Assembly (NCBI GenBank): GCA_027729785.1
Contig: JAQCDY010000001.1
Coordinates: forward strand, 1-54,543
From: Actinomycetota bacterium
GTDB taxonomy: Bacteria > Actinomycetota > Acidimicrobiia > Acidimicrobiales > Ilumatobacteraceae
DNA: 54,543 nt
Reading direction: 5' to 3'
In this document: positions 26,431-36,586 of the stretch, in pieces
Position numbering within the stretch: the stretch's first letter is position 1
Layout of the letters: every line of letters starts with the position of its first letter
Notes under the pieces: generated by a model
Databases searched by the model: none
Told to the model about the DNA's origin: nothing
What the model saw: the letters and a program-made list of their open reading frames with translations, nothing else
Made by a program: the position numbers and the translations under genes

Positions 26431-26793
26431 TTGCCTGCTATGTCTTTAACTATTAATTCGATGTTTTCAGGTACTTTTTCAAACCTTGTTAGCGCCGCAG
26501 CCGAAACGCCTTCCTCGAATCCGATCCTGGGGTTTCTGCCACTGGTATTGATTTTTGCAGCAATGTATTTTTTGTTGTTGCGCCCGCAACGCAAGCGTCA
26601 AAAAGAAACTGCAAACTTACAAAAGAGCGTTGCCGTAGACGATGAAGTAGTGCTCAACTCGGGTATCTATGGCTGGATTTCCGCAATTGAAGATGACTTC
26701 TTGTGGATAGAAATTGCCGAAAAAGTTGAAATTCGTGTATCCAAGGGTTCGGTCGCTAGAAAAATTTCTGCCCAGCAAAAGCCTGAACAGTAA
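26431..26793 (+). CDS. yajC: Preprotein translocase subunit YajC
   Basis: A single TM helix is followed by LLLRPQRKRQKE and the GIYGWISAIEDDFLWIEI beta domain. The start is TTG 26431 or ATG 26440. Confidence 0.85.
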   Translation: MPAMSLTINSMFSGTFSNLVSAAAETPSSNPILGFLPLVLIFAAMYFLLLRPQRKRQKETANLQKSVAVDDEVVLNSGIYGWISAIEDDFLWIEIAEKVEIRVSKGSVARKISAQQKPEQ

Positions 26794-26833
26794 TTTTGCG
26801 GAAGTCATCTAAATAGAGATTGTTTGACCGTAG

Positions 26834-28411
26834 ATGAATAGACGTCGACAAATCATTTCGTTGTCACTGTTGATACTGGTCGTCGCGTCTGGTTTGATCG
26901 CAAATTTGGTTGCTGGCAACACCCCAGCTCTGGGTCTTGACTTGCAGGGTGGGGCGTCGGTTACTTTGCAACCCGATGGCGAATTTGACCAGGCTGGTTT
27001 GGATGTTGCGGTAGAAATTATTCGCGCGCGAGTCGACTCAATTGGCGTAGCCGAGCCAGAAATTATCTTGCAAGGCAGTACGGTCATCGTCAACTTGCCC
27101 GGCGTAAAAGACCAGCAGCAGGCGCTCGACATAATCGGTCGCACGGGCGAACTTTTGCTGCGGCCAGTGTTGCAAACTGGCATTCTCAATGAAAATCCTG
27201 ACACAACGGTGGCGACGAATTCGACGACCGTGCCTGAGCAGACTTCTGATTCGGTCGAAGATGGTGCAGGCATGGTCTCGGGTGGCCCGGGTGCTTCGAA
27301 AATTTTTTCCACTGCAACGACCGTGCCTGATCCGGCGACCAGTTCAACTCAAGTAGCAACGACCGACACTTCGGTTGGGGTTTCGACTGATACGCCACAA
27401 GATGCCACACCAACTCTCGGACTTGGCGAAGATCCGAATGATCCAACACAAACTGTCTTGCTGCTCGATAAGCAAGGCGTTGCCTATGTTGTCGGTCCAG
27501 CCGGCGCGTCCGGAAAAGTTTTCAAAAATGACGCAAGAGCCGATGTCGAAACAGGTCAGTGGGCAGTGGTCGTTGGTCTGCGTAGTGGCCCAGATGGCGA
27601 TCAACTATGGAACAAACTCGCCGCAGCGTGCTTTAACAGAACTGCCGAGTGTCCGACGGGGCAGTTGGCAATGGTTCTGGACGGTGTAGTAATTTCTGCG
27701 CCGAGTGTCAATGAACCAGAGTTCACGGGTGGAACAGTGCAGATCACAGGCTCATTCACAGCCGACGAAGCACGCGAGTTGGCAAAGATTCTTGAGTTTG
27801 GCGCCGTACCTGTTCGCTTTGGTGTCTCGCAAGCGCAAACTGTTTCGGCAACCTTGGGTTCTGATTCGATGCGCGCGGCATTGATCTCGGGTTTGGTTGG
27901 TATCTTGCTCGTAGTCCTGCTGTTGTTGGCGTATTACCGCTGGATGGCGGTGTTCGTGCTGGCAGGCATGAGCGTCTCGATCGCCTTCTTATGGAGTTTG
28001 GTTTCCTTGTTGTCGCGCACCAACGGACTGGCGCTCTCGCTGTCGGGTATTGCTGGCGTCATCGTTTCGATCGGCATCGCAGTCGACTCGTACATAGTAT
28101 TTTTCGAGCGAATTAAAGATGAAATTCGATTGGGTAAGACTTTAAAAAATTCGGCGCTGCGCAGTTTCGAGTCGGCATGGCGCACCATCGTGGCCGCAGA
28201 TACTGTCTCGTTTATTGCGGCGATCGTTTTGTGGTATCTCACGGTTGGCTCGGTGCGGGGTTTCGCGTTCTTCCTCGGTATTTCGGCCTTGACGGATATT
28301 CTCGTGACCTATTTCTTTACTCGTAACGCCGTGCTGCTGTTCGCGCGCTCAAAGCGTGCGCAAGGTCGCAAGGTTCTTGGTGTTCAAACTGTCAAGCCTG
28401 AGGTGATGTGA
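26834..28411 (+). CDS. secD: Protein translocase subunit SecD
   Basis: An N-terminal TM helix is followed by LGLDLQGG, a periplasmic domain with a Ser/Thr/Pro-rich insertion, and a C-terminal 5-TM RND-like bundle (LAYYRW..., GIAVDSYIVFFERIKDE). Confidence 0.93.
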   Translation: MNRRRQIISLSLLILVVASGLIANLVAGNTPALGLDLQGGASVTLQPDGEFDQAGLDVAVEIIRARVDSIGVAEPEIILQGSTVIVNLPGVKDQQQALDIIGRTGELLLRPVLQTGILNENPDTTVATNSTTVPEQTSDSVEDGAGMVSGGPGASKIFSTATTVPDPATSSTQVATTDTSVGVSTDTPQDATPTLGLGEDPNDPTQTVLLLDKQGVAYVVGPAGASGKVFKNDARADVETGQWAVVVGLRSGPDGDQLWNKLAAACFNRTAECPTGQLAMVLDGVVISAPSVNEPEFTGGTVQITGSFTADEARELAKILEFGAVPVRFGVSQAQTVSATLGSDSMRAALISGLVGILLVVLLLLAYYRWMAVFVLAGMSVSIAFLWSLVSLLSRTNGLALSLSGIAGVIVSIGIAVDSYIVFFERIKDEIRLGKTLKNSALRSFESAWRTIVAADTVSFIAAIVLWYLTVGSVRGFAFFLGISALTDILVTYFFTRNAVLLFARSKRAQGRKVLGVQTVKPEVM

Positions 28412-29547
28412 TGAAAAAATTCTTTGCAGGGTTTGGTCTTGTTTATCGGGGAGAGACGACTTTTAACTTCATCGGCAAACGAGTGATTGGCTTCACGGTC
28501 TCGCTGGTGGTTGTGTTGGCAGGTGCGATCTCACTGTTGGTTCAGGGGCTCGAACTTGGCATTGACTTTCGGGGTGGGGTGGCCTGGGAAGTGCCAGCAG
28601 GATCGATTACCGATCAAGACGCCCGTGAAGTTCTTGACGCCAACAACATCGAGTCGGCAAACGCCAAAATTCAGTTTTTGACGGGTAGCGAATCACAAGT
28701 GATGCGAGTACAGGTCGGTGATCAACCCGAAGATGTTCGCTTGGCAACACAGAAGTCGTTCGCCGAACTGGCAAAAGTCGAAGTGCAAGAGGTGAGCGTG
28801 GCCTCAGTTAGTTCTTCCTGGGGACGCAGCATCACCGAAAAGGCAATTCGAGCATTGCTCGTGTTTTTCGTCGTCGTATCTCTCTATATTTCGTGGCGAC
28901 TCGAATGGAAGATGGCAATCACAGCGTTTGTCGCGATGGTGCACGACGTGCTGCTCAGCGTGGGTGTCTACTCGCTCTTTGGTTTCGAAGTCACACCTGC
29001 AACGGTCGTCGCTTTTTTGACGATCTTGGGATACTCGCTTTACGACACGGTTGTGGTGTTTGATCGGGTTCAAGAAAATGCGCAAAAGTTCGCGACTTCG
29101 CGCCAGTCCTTTACCAATGTCGCCAACGTCTCGACCAATGAAGTACTTGCAAGATCACTTATCACGACACTTTCGTCGGCATTGCCAGTGGTGTCGCTGT
29201 TGGTAGTCGGCTCAATGGTGCTTGGCGCCAAGAGTCTCGAAGAATTCGCGGTGGCACTGTTGGTCGGCATGTTCGCCGGTACGTATTCGTCGATTTTCGT
29301 GGCGGTGCCCCTCTTGGATTTGCTCAAGCGCAACGAAGTTAAGTACAAGCCGTTCAAGGGACAACTCGCGACCGGTGCAGCAATGGCCGAACTCATGGGT
29401 TCGGGTGCAATCATAAAACGGGCGAGCGGTGCTGTGACTTCTGGCGACGAATCAGTTCAAAGTGCTCAAGACACGGCCAGCGAAGTTGCACAGCGAGCGA
29501 CATCGGTGCTTACGCATCCACCGCGACCACGCAAAAAACGCCGTTAG
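28408..29547 (+). CDS. secF: Protein translocase subunit SecF
   Basis: FNFIGKR, LGIDFRGG, and the TM bundle with GYSLYDTVVVFDRVQEN. Its start overlaps the secD stop (GTGATG). Confidence 0.93.
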   Translation: MMKKFFAGFGLVYRGETTFNFIGKRVIGFTVSLVVVLAGAISLLVQGLELGIDFRGGVAWEVPAGSITDQDAREVLDANNIESANAKIQFLTGSESQVMRVQVGDQPEDVRLATQKSFAELAKVEVQEVSVASVSSSWGRSITEKAIRALLVFFVVVSLYISWRLEWKMAITAFVAMVHDVLLSVGVYSLFGFEVTPATVVAFLTILGYSLYDTVVVFDRVQENAQKFATSRQSFTNVANVSTNEVLARSLITTLSSALPVVSLLVVGSMVLGAKSLEEFAVALLVGMFAGTYSSIFVAVPLLDLLKRNEVKYKPFKGQLATGAAMAELMGSGAIIKRASGAVTSGDESVQSAQDTASEVAQRATSVLTHPPRPRKKRR

Positions 29548-29550
29548 CAC

Positions 29551-29556
29551 TACGCT
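29551..29556 (+). promoter_or_regulatory. -10-like hexamer TACGCT, 6 nt upstream of the relA GTG (leaderless geometry)
   Basis: TACGCT-ttaatt-GTG in the 15-nt gap after secF. Confidence 0.4.
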
Positions 29557-29562
29557 TTAATT

Positions 29563-31821
29563 GTGGCCACCTCATCAAGGGTGCTGCCGTGGCGGCGCCA
29601 AAGTGCAACGATTGCCGAAGAGCTATCGCCGCTGTTGAGCGCCTACAAGTCGCGTCATCCGAAAGGGTCGGTGTCGCTGATCAATGCGGCTTACGAAATG
29701 GCGCGTTCGGCGCACGCAAATCAAAATCGATCCAGTGGCGAACTTTACATCAATCATCCGATTGCTGTCGCACGAATAGTCGCCGATATTGGTCTAGACG
29801 AAGTTTCTATAGTGGCTGCACTTCTACATGACGCAGTAGAAGATACAGAGATCACGATCGCCGATGTTGAAAGCAATTTTGGCAGTGAAGTCTCGGCGCT
29901 TGTTGATGGCGTCACGAAACTTGAAAGATTGCAGTTTGACTCAAAAGAAGCGCAGCAGGCCGCGACGATGCGCAAGATGCTCGTGGCGATGGCACGTGAC
30001 TTGCGAGTATTGATGATCAAACTTGCCGATCGGTTGCACAACATGCGCACCATCGCCGCGGTTTCGCATGAAAAGCAACAAAGAGTTGCCCAAGAAACCC
30101 TGGACATTTATGCACCGTTGGCGCACCGCCTTGGAATGCAGGAAATCAAACAGCAACTCGAAGATCTGGCGTTCGCTGCTTTGTATCCAAAGCGTTATGC
30201 AGAACTTGACCATCTTGTCGCCATGCGCGCACCCGAACGCAATGTTTATTTGGCGAAGAGCATTGGTCAAGTGCAGCAATGGCTTGAAGAAGTCAAGATC
30301 AAAGCCGAGTTGACGGCTCGCGGTAAGCATTTATGGAGCATCTACGAAAAGATGGTACAAAAAAGTCGCGAGTTCGACGATATTTACGACCTGCTGGCGA
30401 TTCGTATCGTGGTTGAGTCAGAAAAAGATTGCTACGCGGTGCTCGGCGCAATTCACGGGCACTGGAAACCGATTGTTGGAAGATTCAAAGATTACATCGC
30501 CATGCCGAAGTTCAATTTGTATCAGTCCTTGCATACGACGGTCGTTGGCCCAGGTGGCAAACCGATTGAAGTTCAGATTCGCACACGAGAGATGCACCAG
30601 CGTGCAGAGTGGGGTGTGGCATCGCACTGGGCATATAAGGACACGGCGATACAAGGTGACATTGATTGGTTGAATCGGATAATTGATTGGCAAGGTGAAG
30701 TGTCTGACCCGAGTCAGTTCTTGGAGATTCTTAAAACTGATTTGGATCAAGACGAGTTGTTCTTGTTCACACCTAAAGGTCGAGTAATAACCTTGCCGGC
30801 GTTGTCGACGCCAGTCGACTTCGCCTATGCAGTACACACCGAAGTTGGTCACAGTTGCATGGGCGCAAGGGTCAATGGTCGATTGGTGCCGCTCGACTAC
30901 AAACTCGCTTCAGGTGATACATGCGAAGTTTTGGTTTCACAAGGCGAAACAAATGAGCCATCCCAGGATTGGCTTGAGTTCGTAGTTTCCCCCAAGGCTA
31001 GAAGCAAGATCAAACAATGGCTCACGCGTGAGCGTCTTGAAGACCTGGTTGAAAACGGACGAGACGAACTCGTCGAACGCCTTCGGCAGGCAGGTTTGCC
31101 CGCACAAAAGATTATTTCATCCCAAGTTTTGTTGGACGAAATCACCACTTTGAACTTCGCCGATACGAGCGAATTTTTTGCCGCGATCGGAGATCAGCGT
31201 ATTGACGCCGTGGCGATTGTTGAAGGACTGTCGAAACGAATGCGGGACGGTGTTCAGCCGGATCAACTTTCAATGTCATCAGTCGGTGCGACTGGCGTTG
31301 CATCTCCGCAGAAAAATGGCGTACATATAGAAGGAATGCCGGACGTACTCGTTCGGCTATCGCGCTGCTGCACGCCGGTTCCACCCGATGAAGTGATGGG
31401 TTTTGTCACCAAAGGTCGTGGCGTCACGGTACATCGGACCGATTGCGCCAATGCTGCCGCGCTTGTATCCCAAGATGCCGCGCGTGTTGTTGATGTCGAC
31501 TGGTCTCGTGAGAGTTCGGACACGATGTTCGTCGCCGCGGTCGAAGTGAAAGCGCTTGACCGTTCGCGTTTGTTGCGAGATGTTGCCAACGCGCTATCGG
31601 ATGAGCACGTGAATATAGTTTCATGCGCGACGCATACTGGCGTAGATCGGGTTGCGCGAATGCGGTTTGAATTTGAGTTCGCCGACCCGGGTCATTTGCA
31701 GTCGGTGCTTCGGATGATCAAGCGAATTGAAGGGGTTTACGACGTCAGTCGAGTCTTGCCAGGTGTCGCCCAAGATGTTGTCGACGGCGATGACATTGAC
31801 CATCCGTCGGCATCTAGATGA
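29563..31821 (+). CDS. relA: Bifunctional (p)ppGpp synthetase/hydrolase (RelA/SpoT homologue, Rel)
   Basis: An HD hydrolase domain (YINHPIAVA...LLHDAVEDT), a synthetase domain (DLLAIRIVV, YQSLHTTV, EVQIRT), a TGS domain (LFLFTPKGRVITLP), and a C-terminal ACT-like domain. Confidence 0.95.
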   Translation: MATSSRVLPWRRQSATIAEELSPLLSAYKSRHPKGSVSLINAAYEMARSAHANQNRSSGELYINHPIAVARIVADIGLDEVSIVAALLHDAVEDTEITIADVESNFGSEVSALVDGVTKLERLQFDSKEAQQAATMRKMLVAMARDLRVLMIKLADRLHNMRTIAAVSHEKQQRVAQETLDIYAPLAHRLGMQEIKQQLEDLAFAALYPKRYAELDHLVAMRAPERNVYLAKSIGQVQQWLEEVKIKAELTARGKHLWSIYEKMVQKSREFDDIYDLLAIRIVVESEKDCYAVLGAIHGHWKPIVGRFKDYIAMPKFNLYQSLHTTVVGPGGKPIEVQIRTREMHQRAEWGVASHWAYKDTAIQGDIDWLNRIIDWQGEVSDPSQFLEILKTDLDQDELFLFTPKGRVITLPALSTPVDFAYAVHTEVGHSCMGARVNGRLVPLDYKLASGDTCEVLVSQGETNEPSQDWLEFVVSPKARSKIKQWLTRERLEDLVENGRDELVERLRQAGLPAQKIISSQVLLDEITTLNFADTSEFFAAIGDQRIDAVAIVEGLSKRMRDGVQPDQLSMSSVGATGVASPQKNGVHIEGMPDVLVRLSRCCTPVPPDEVMGFVTKGRGVTVHRTDCANAAALVSQDAARVVDVDWSRESSDTMFVAAVEVKALDRSRLLRDVANALSDEHVNIVSCATHTGVDRVARMRFEFEFADPGHLQSVLRMIKRIEGVYDVSRVLPGVAQDVVDGDDIDHPSASR

Positions 31822-31847
31822 TGATTCGTCTGCGTCGTCAAAGCGTC

Positions 31848-31853
31848 TAGCCT
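31848..31853 (+). promoter_or_regulatory. -10-like hexamer TAGCCT, 6 nt upstream of the hisS GTG (leaderless geometry)
   Basis: TAGCCT-tcacgc-GTG in the 38-nt gap after relA. Confidence 0.4.
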
Positions 31854-31859
31854 TCACGC

Positions 31860-33116
31860 GTGCCCGAATTTAAGACTTCTCCCGGTACCCGCGACATTCT
31901 GGCGCCACATTCTGGGCGCTGGCGTGCTTTTCAAGACGTTTTTGCCCACACCGTCGAGGCCGCAGGTTATAGCTACATAATTCCGCCGATGTTCGAAGAC
32001 CTGGATGTATTTTTGCGTTTGGGCGAGACGACCGAAGTGGTTACAAAAGAGATGTACGACTTTCACGACAAGGGTGGTCGGCATGTTGCACTGCGACCCG
32101 AGCAAACAGCAGGCGTTTGCCGGGCTTATGTCGAGCATCGACCGATCACGCCGTGGAAAGTTTGGTATGCCGGCCCAAATTTTCGCTACGAAAAACCCCA
32201 GCAGGGTAGGTATCGACAGTTTGATCAAGTCGGGGTGGAAGCCCTCGGCGCTGATGACCCGCTGTTGGATGCCGAGGTGATTGCCCTGGCGGCAAAATTT
32301 TATGCTGAGCTTGGTCTTAAAAAAGTGCATCTATCGATGAACACTCTCGGGGATGCGGGAGACCGAGAACGCTATTCGCAGATACTGCTCAAATATTTTT
32401 CTGCCCATGAAAAAGATCTCACGAGCGATAGTCGTGCAACTTTGGCGCGCAACCCGTTGCGTGTGCTCGACTCAAAACGTGAACCGGATCAAAAAGTTAT
32501 TGCTGGAGCACCCGCGATTCGCGAGTCGATTAGTGAAAGCGCCAATCAACACTTTGACGCCGTATTGCGCGCACTTGATGCACTGAATATTTCTTATGAG
32601 ATAAACAATCGACTCGTGCGCGGGCTTGATTATTATCGTCGCACGACATTTGAATTCACCTCGCTAGCACTCGATGCAGCACATACGGCGATTGGTGGAG
32701 GTGGGCGCTACGACGGGCTCGTTGAAGCACTTGGCGGGAAGGCAACACCTGGCATCGGTTTTGCCCTCGGACTGGACCGCACCCTTTTGGCCTGTGATGC
32801 CGAAAACACATTCGCCGCACCAACAACTGCAGTGCAGATTTTTGTGGTCGACACGGTAGATGGTCGCCATGCGCACGAACTGTGTCATTTGTTGCGCCAG
32901 AACGGTGTTAGTGCCGATCGTGCATACGATTTGCGCAGTATCAAAGCCCAAATGAAGTCGGCAGATCGCAGCGCTGCAAGCGTCGCCTTGATAATCGGGT
33001 CTGATGAAGTACAAAATTCGACAATAATGTTGCGCAAGATGGGCTCTGGGGAGCAATACTCAATTGCCCGCAAAGATGTGATCGGCGAAGTTTTGAAAGC
33101 ACTGAATGTCAAATGA
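31860..33116 (+). CDS. hisS: Histidine--tRNA ligase
   Basis: GTRDILAP, LRPEQTAGVCRAY, YRQFDQVGVEALG, and GGGGRYDGLVEALGG (class II motif 3 region), with an anticodon-binding C-terminus. Confidence 0.95.
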   Translation: MPEFKTSPGTRDILAPHSGRWRAFQDVFAHTVEAAGYSYIIPPMFEDLDVFLRLGETTEVVTKEMYDFHDKGGRHVALRPEQTAGVCRAYVEHRPITPWKVWYAGPNFRYEKPQQGRYRQFDQVGVEALGADDPLLDAEVIALAAKFYAELGLKKVHLSMNTLGDAGDRERYSQILLKYFSAHEKDLTSDSRATLARNPLRVLDSKREPDQKVIAGAPAIRESISESANQHFDAVLRALDALNISYEINNRLVRGLDYYRRTTFEFTSLALDAAHTAIGGGGRYDGLVEALGGKATPGIGFALGLDRTLLACDAENTFAAPTTAVQIFVVDTVDGRHAHELCHLLRQNGVSADRAYDLRSIKAQMKSADRSAASVALIIGSDEVQNSTIMLRKMGSGEQYSIARKDVIGEVLKALNVK

Positions 33117-33133
33117 AAGCGCAGTATTAGTTA

Positions 33134-34906
33134 ATGACGGCAAAAAATAACAGCACCGCACTTCGCACCCATCTCTGTGGTGAGATGCACGCCGAGAAAA
33201 TTGGTCAGAAGGTCACACTCTGTGGATGGGTGGGTCGTCGGCGCGAACACGGTGAGCATCTGGCGTTCTTGGATTTGCGCGACTACAGCGGCATTGTTCA
33301 ATGTGTCGTAGACAACTCTGTTGATGTGCGAAGTGAATGGGTGATCAGGGTGACGGGCACAGTGCAGGCGCGACCTACGGGCACCGTCAACGAGAATATT
33401 CCAACGGGCAAAGTTGAACTTGTTGATTGCAAAATCGAGGTTTTGAACAATGCCGAGCCGCCGCCGTTTCCAATTGATCAACGTGGTGATGATGTCGACG
33501 AAAATGTGCGCCTGAAGTATCGATACTTGGACATTCGGCGTGAACGAATGCAGAAGAACTTGCGCCTGCGGGCCGCGGTCAACTCGGCGATTCGTAAATC
33601 GATGGAGTCGCAAGGATTTACCGAGATTGAAACGCCGCTTTTGATGCCCAGCACTCCCGAAGGTGCCCGCGAGTTTTTGGTGCCCTCACGCAACGAACCC
33701 GGTTCGTTCTATGCGTTGCCGCAATCACCGCAACTCTGGAAACAGTTGTTGATGGTCGCAGGCATCGACCGTTATTACCAAATTGCAAAGTGTTTGCGCG
33801 ATGAAGACTTGCGTGCCGACAGACAATACGAATTCATGCAACTCGATGCCGAAATGAGTTTCGTCAACAAAGACGATGTCATGACGATGATTTCGACGGC
33901 CGTGATTGCCGCGGCGAAAGCCGCCACTGGCTCAGAACCGCCGCCAATCGAACGCATGACTTGGCACGAGGCGATGAACGATTATGGCATCGACAAGCCT
34001 GACCTGCGTTTTGCAATGAAACTCGTCGAGTTGACCAAAGTCTTTGCGTCGACCGAGTTCAAGGCTTTTGCATCGGCTGAGTCGATCAAGGCGATCTGCG
34101 TGCGCGGCGCCGATTATCCGCTTCAGGCAGCAAGCGGCCGCAACAAACTTGATGCATTGACCGAGCGCGCCAAGAAACTTGGGGCGAAGGGCCTCGTTTG
34201 GATCAAAGTTGCTGATGGTTCGGTGCTTGAATCGCCTGTCGCCAAGTTTTTGTCGGCGAAAGAGCAGGCTGATTTGATCGCTCAAACCAAGGCCACTGTC
34301 GGAGATTTGATACTGATTGTTGCTGATCAATGGGCGACAACGTGTTCGGTGCTCGGGCAGTTGCGCAACGATCTCGGCCGTCCGCCGGTGCATGAGGGCC
34401 CCTATAGATATGTATGGATCGTCGACTTTCCGATGTTCGTCGGTATCAACCCGACCACCAACAAGCCTCAGCCTGGACATCATCCGTTTTGTCACCCGCA
34501 CCAAGAAGATGTTGATCGTCTAGAAACCGAACCGCTCTCGGTGCGTGCACTGGCTTATGACTTGGTCTTGAACGGCTGGGAACTTGGTTCAGGCTCGATT
34601 CGGATTCACGAGCCAGAGTTGCAGCGCCGTGTCTTTCGACAATTGGGCATATCAGACGAAGATGCCGACGCACGCTTTGGTTTCTTTTTGCAACCATTTA
34701 AATATGGTGCTCCGCCACATGGCGGGTTTGCGTTTGGTATCGACCGTCTCGTGGCGATATTGGCTGGCGAAGACAATATTCGCGAAGTGATTGCGTTTCC
34801 AAAAACTCAGTCAGGTTCTGATCCGATGACCAATGCCCCGACGACGGTCGATGCGGCGCAACTTAAAGAACTGGGCATCAGGCTGTTGCCACCAGCTATC
34901 AAATGA
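33134..34906 (+). CDS. aspS: Aspartate--tRNA ligase (bacterial type; possibly non-discriminating, which cannot be decided here)
   Basis: An OB-fold N-terminus (LCGWVGRRREHGEHLAFLDLRDYSG), QSPQLWKQLLMV, FMQLDAEMSF, a GAD insertion, and GGFAFGIDRLVAIL. Confidence 0.95.
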   Translation: MTAKNNSTALRTHLCGEMHAEKIGQKVTLCGWVGRRREHGEHLAFLDLRDYSGIVQCVVDNSVDVRSEWVIRVTGTVQARPTGTVNENIPTGKVELVDCKIEVLNNAEPPPFPIDQRGDDVDENVRLKYRYLDIRRERMQKNLRLRAAVNSAIRKSMESQGFTEIETPLLMPSTPEGAREFLVPSRNEPGSFYALPQSPQLWKQLLMVAGIDRYYQIAKCLRDEDLRADRQYEFMQLDAEMSFVNKDDVMTMISTAVIAAAKAATGSEPPPIERMTWHEAMNDYGIDKPDLRFAMKLVELTKVFASTEFKAFASAESIKAICVRGADYPLQAASGRNKLDALTERAKKLGAKGLVWIKVADGSVLESPVAKFLSAKEQADLIAQTKATVGDLILIVADQWATTCSVLGQLRNDLGRPPVHEGPYRYVWIVDFPMFVGINPTTNKPQPGHHPFCHPHQEDVDRLETEPLSVRALAYDLVLNGWELGSGSIRIHEPELQRRVFRQLGISDEDADARFGFFLQPFKYGAPPHGGFAFGIDRLVAILAGEDNIREVIAFPKTQSGSDPMTNAPTTVDAAQLKELGIRLLPPAIK

Positions 34907-36234
34907 AAAATGATTTGTTCAGTGCCGCGGCGGCTGAACGACTCAAAGCGCAAGCACCGCTCGCAGCCCGTTTGCGACCGAGGTCGCTCGATGAAGTAGT
35001 CGGCCAACAACATCTCGTCGCGAAGCAATCGCCGTTGCGACTTTTGATCGAGCAAGACCGACTTTCTTCGGTAATTTTTTGGGGACCACCAGGTACCGGC
35101 AAGACGACCCTTGCCGAAGTCGTGGCGTTGACCACTAATCGTCACTTCGAACGACTCTCGGCAGTAAGCGCAGGGGTGAAAGATGTTCGTGAAGCCATTG
35201 AATTGGCCGCCGAAAGACTCGGGCAGTTTGGTCGGGGCACGATCGTGTTCATCGATGAAATACATCGGTTCTCAACTTCGCAGCAAGATGCACTGTTGCC
35301 GTCGGTCGAGTCCGGAGTGATCACGTTGATTGGGGCGACGACAGAGAATCCATATTTCGAATTGAACGCACCTTTGCGCAGTCGTTCAACTTTGTTTCGC
35401 TTAGAACCGCTGTTGGTGAGCGATGTCAAAGAATTATTGCAACGAGGCGTGGTTGCCGAATCAGTCACGGCCGACGTCGAAGCGTTGGATGCGCTTGCTC
35501 AACGCTGTGGTGGTGACGCGCGACAGGCGCTAACGGCACTCGAAGTTTCTTGCGTGCTTGCACACGAAAACAACAGACACGTGACGATGGCGCAAGTAGA
35601 CGCGGCGCTTGGTGTGAGCGCGTTGCGCTACGGCAGAGATGATCACTACGACGTTGTCTCTGCATTCATCAAGAGCATTCGTGGATCAAATGCGCAGGCT
35701 GGTTTGTTCTGGCTCGCACGGATGCTTGAGTCGGGTGATGACGCCAGGTTCATCGCTCGACGATTGGTGATCTTGGCCAGCGAAGACATTGGTATGGCCG
35801 ACCCGAATGCCTTGGTGGTCGCCGTTGCAGCGGCGAGTGCGCTTGAGCATGTTGGGTTGCCGGAAGCCCAACTTAATTTGGCTCAAGCGGTTGTTTATCT
35901 GGCGACTGCTCCAAAAAGCAATCGTGTCGCGCTCGGCATTTGGGCGGCACGCGAGGATATCCAACGCGGTGTGAACAGTGAAGTTCCCGCGCATCTTCGA
36001 GACGGGCACTATCCGGGCGCCGCAGAGTTTGGACACGGGGTTGGTTACCAATATCCACACGACGACCCGCGTGGTTGGGTCGAACAACAATATTTACCCG
36101 ACCCGAGCCCTGGCTCACCTGAATCCAAAGGCGACTATTACCAACCATCAAATCACGGCAGTGAGATTAAAATCGCACAAGAAATCGCGCAAAAAGTCAA
36201 TAGCGTTGAGGCGACCAAAGAAACAAAAAAATAA
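34903..36234 (+). CDS. rarA: Replication-associated recombination protein A (RarA/MgsA AAA+ ATPase)
   Basis: LRPRSLDEVVGQQHL, Walker A FWGPPGTGKTTLA, Walker B VFIDEIHRF, and the MgsA C-terminal domain (HYDVVSAFIKSIRGS...AHLRD). The ATGA start overlaps the aspS stop. Confidence 0.95.
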   Translation: MKNDLFSAAAAERLKAQAPLAARLRPRSLDEVVGQQHLVAKQSPLRLLIEQDRLSSVIFWGPPGTGKTTLAEVVALTTNRHFERLSAVSAGVKDVREAIELAAERLGQFGRGTIVFIDEIHRFSTSQQDALLPSVESGVITLIGATTENPYFELNAPLRSRSTLFRLEPLLVSDVKELLQRGVVAESVTADVEALDALAQRCGGDARQALTALEVSCVLAHENNRHVTMAQVDAALGVSALRYGRDDHYDVVSAFIKSIRGSNAQAGLFWLARMLESGDDARFIARRLVILASEDIGMADPNALVVAVAAASALEHVGLPEAQLNLAQAVVYLATAPKSNRVALGIWAAREDIQRGVNSEVPAHLRDGHYPGAAEFGHGVGYQYPHDDPRGWVEQQYLPDPSPGSPESKGDYYQPSNHGSEIKIAQEIAQKVNSVEATKETKK

Positions 36235-36249
36235 AGTGAGGACGACGAG

Positions 36250-36543
36250 ATGACGAAGCGCCTTTTTTGGCTGGCTGTAGGGGCAATCGCCGCGACATTG
36301 GGTTTGAGGTTTTTAAAGAAAAAGAGCGAAGAAAATCCGGAGCAGTTTTCGACAGATGCCCTGGTTGAAAAACTGGTCGAATTATTCGCCGTCGTCAAAG
36401 GTTACGTGCAAGGTTTTTGGCGGGCTTATTCGGGCGACGAAACACTCGACGAAATCAAACTTGAAAAGATCTTTGACGCCCAAACAGAGTTTGCACCCGA
36501 ATTCGACTCAGCAAACAAGCCGAGCGATGTTTCGTTAAATTAA
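36250..36543 (+). CDS. Small hypothetical membrane-anchored protein (97 aa)
   Basis: It has an N-terminal TM helix (LFWLAVGAIAATLGLRFL) and an acidic C-terminus. An SD (GAGGA) lies upstream. Its position before alaS is conserved in actinobacteria as far as I recall. Confidence 0.6.
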   Translation: MTKRLFWLAVGAIAATLGLRFLKKKSEENPEQFSTDALVEKLVELFAVVKGYVQGFWRAYSGDETLDEIKLEKIFDAQTEFAPEFDSANKPSDVSLN

Positions 36544-36586
36544 ACTGGCTCTTTGCGTCAGAGGGTGAATAGTAGGCTGGTCGCTT

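Noticed and set aside
27180-27450. A Ser/Thr/Pro/Asp-rich low-complexity stretch inside secD that looked like a possible insertion or separate ORF.
   Set aside because: It is in frame and flanked by conserved SecD periplasmic-domain sequence. Actinobacterial SecD proteins commonly carry such a variable linker.
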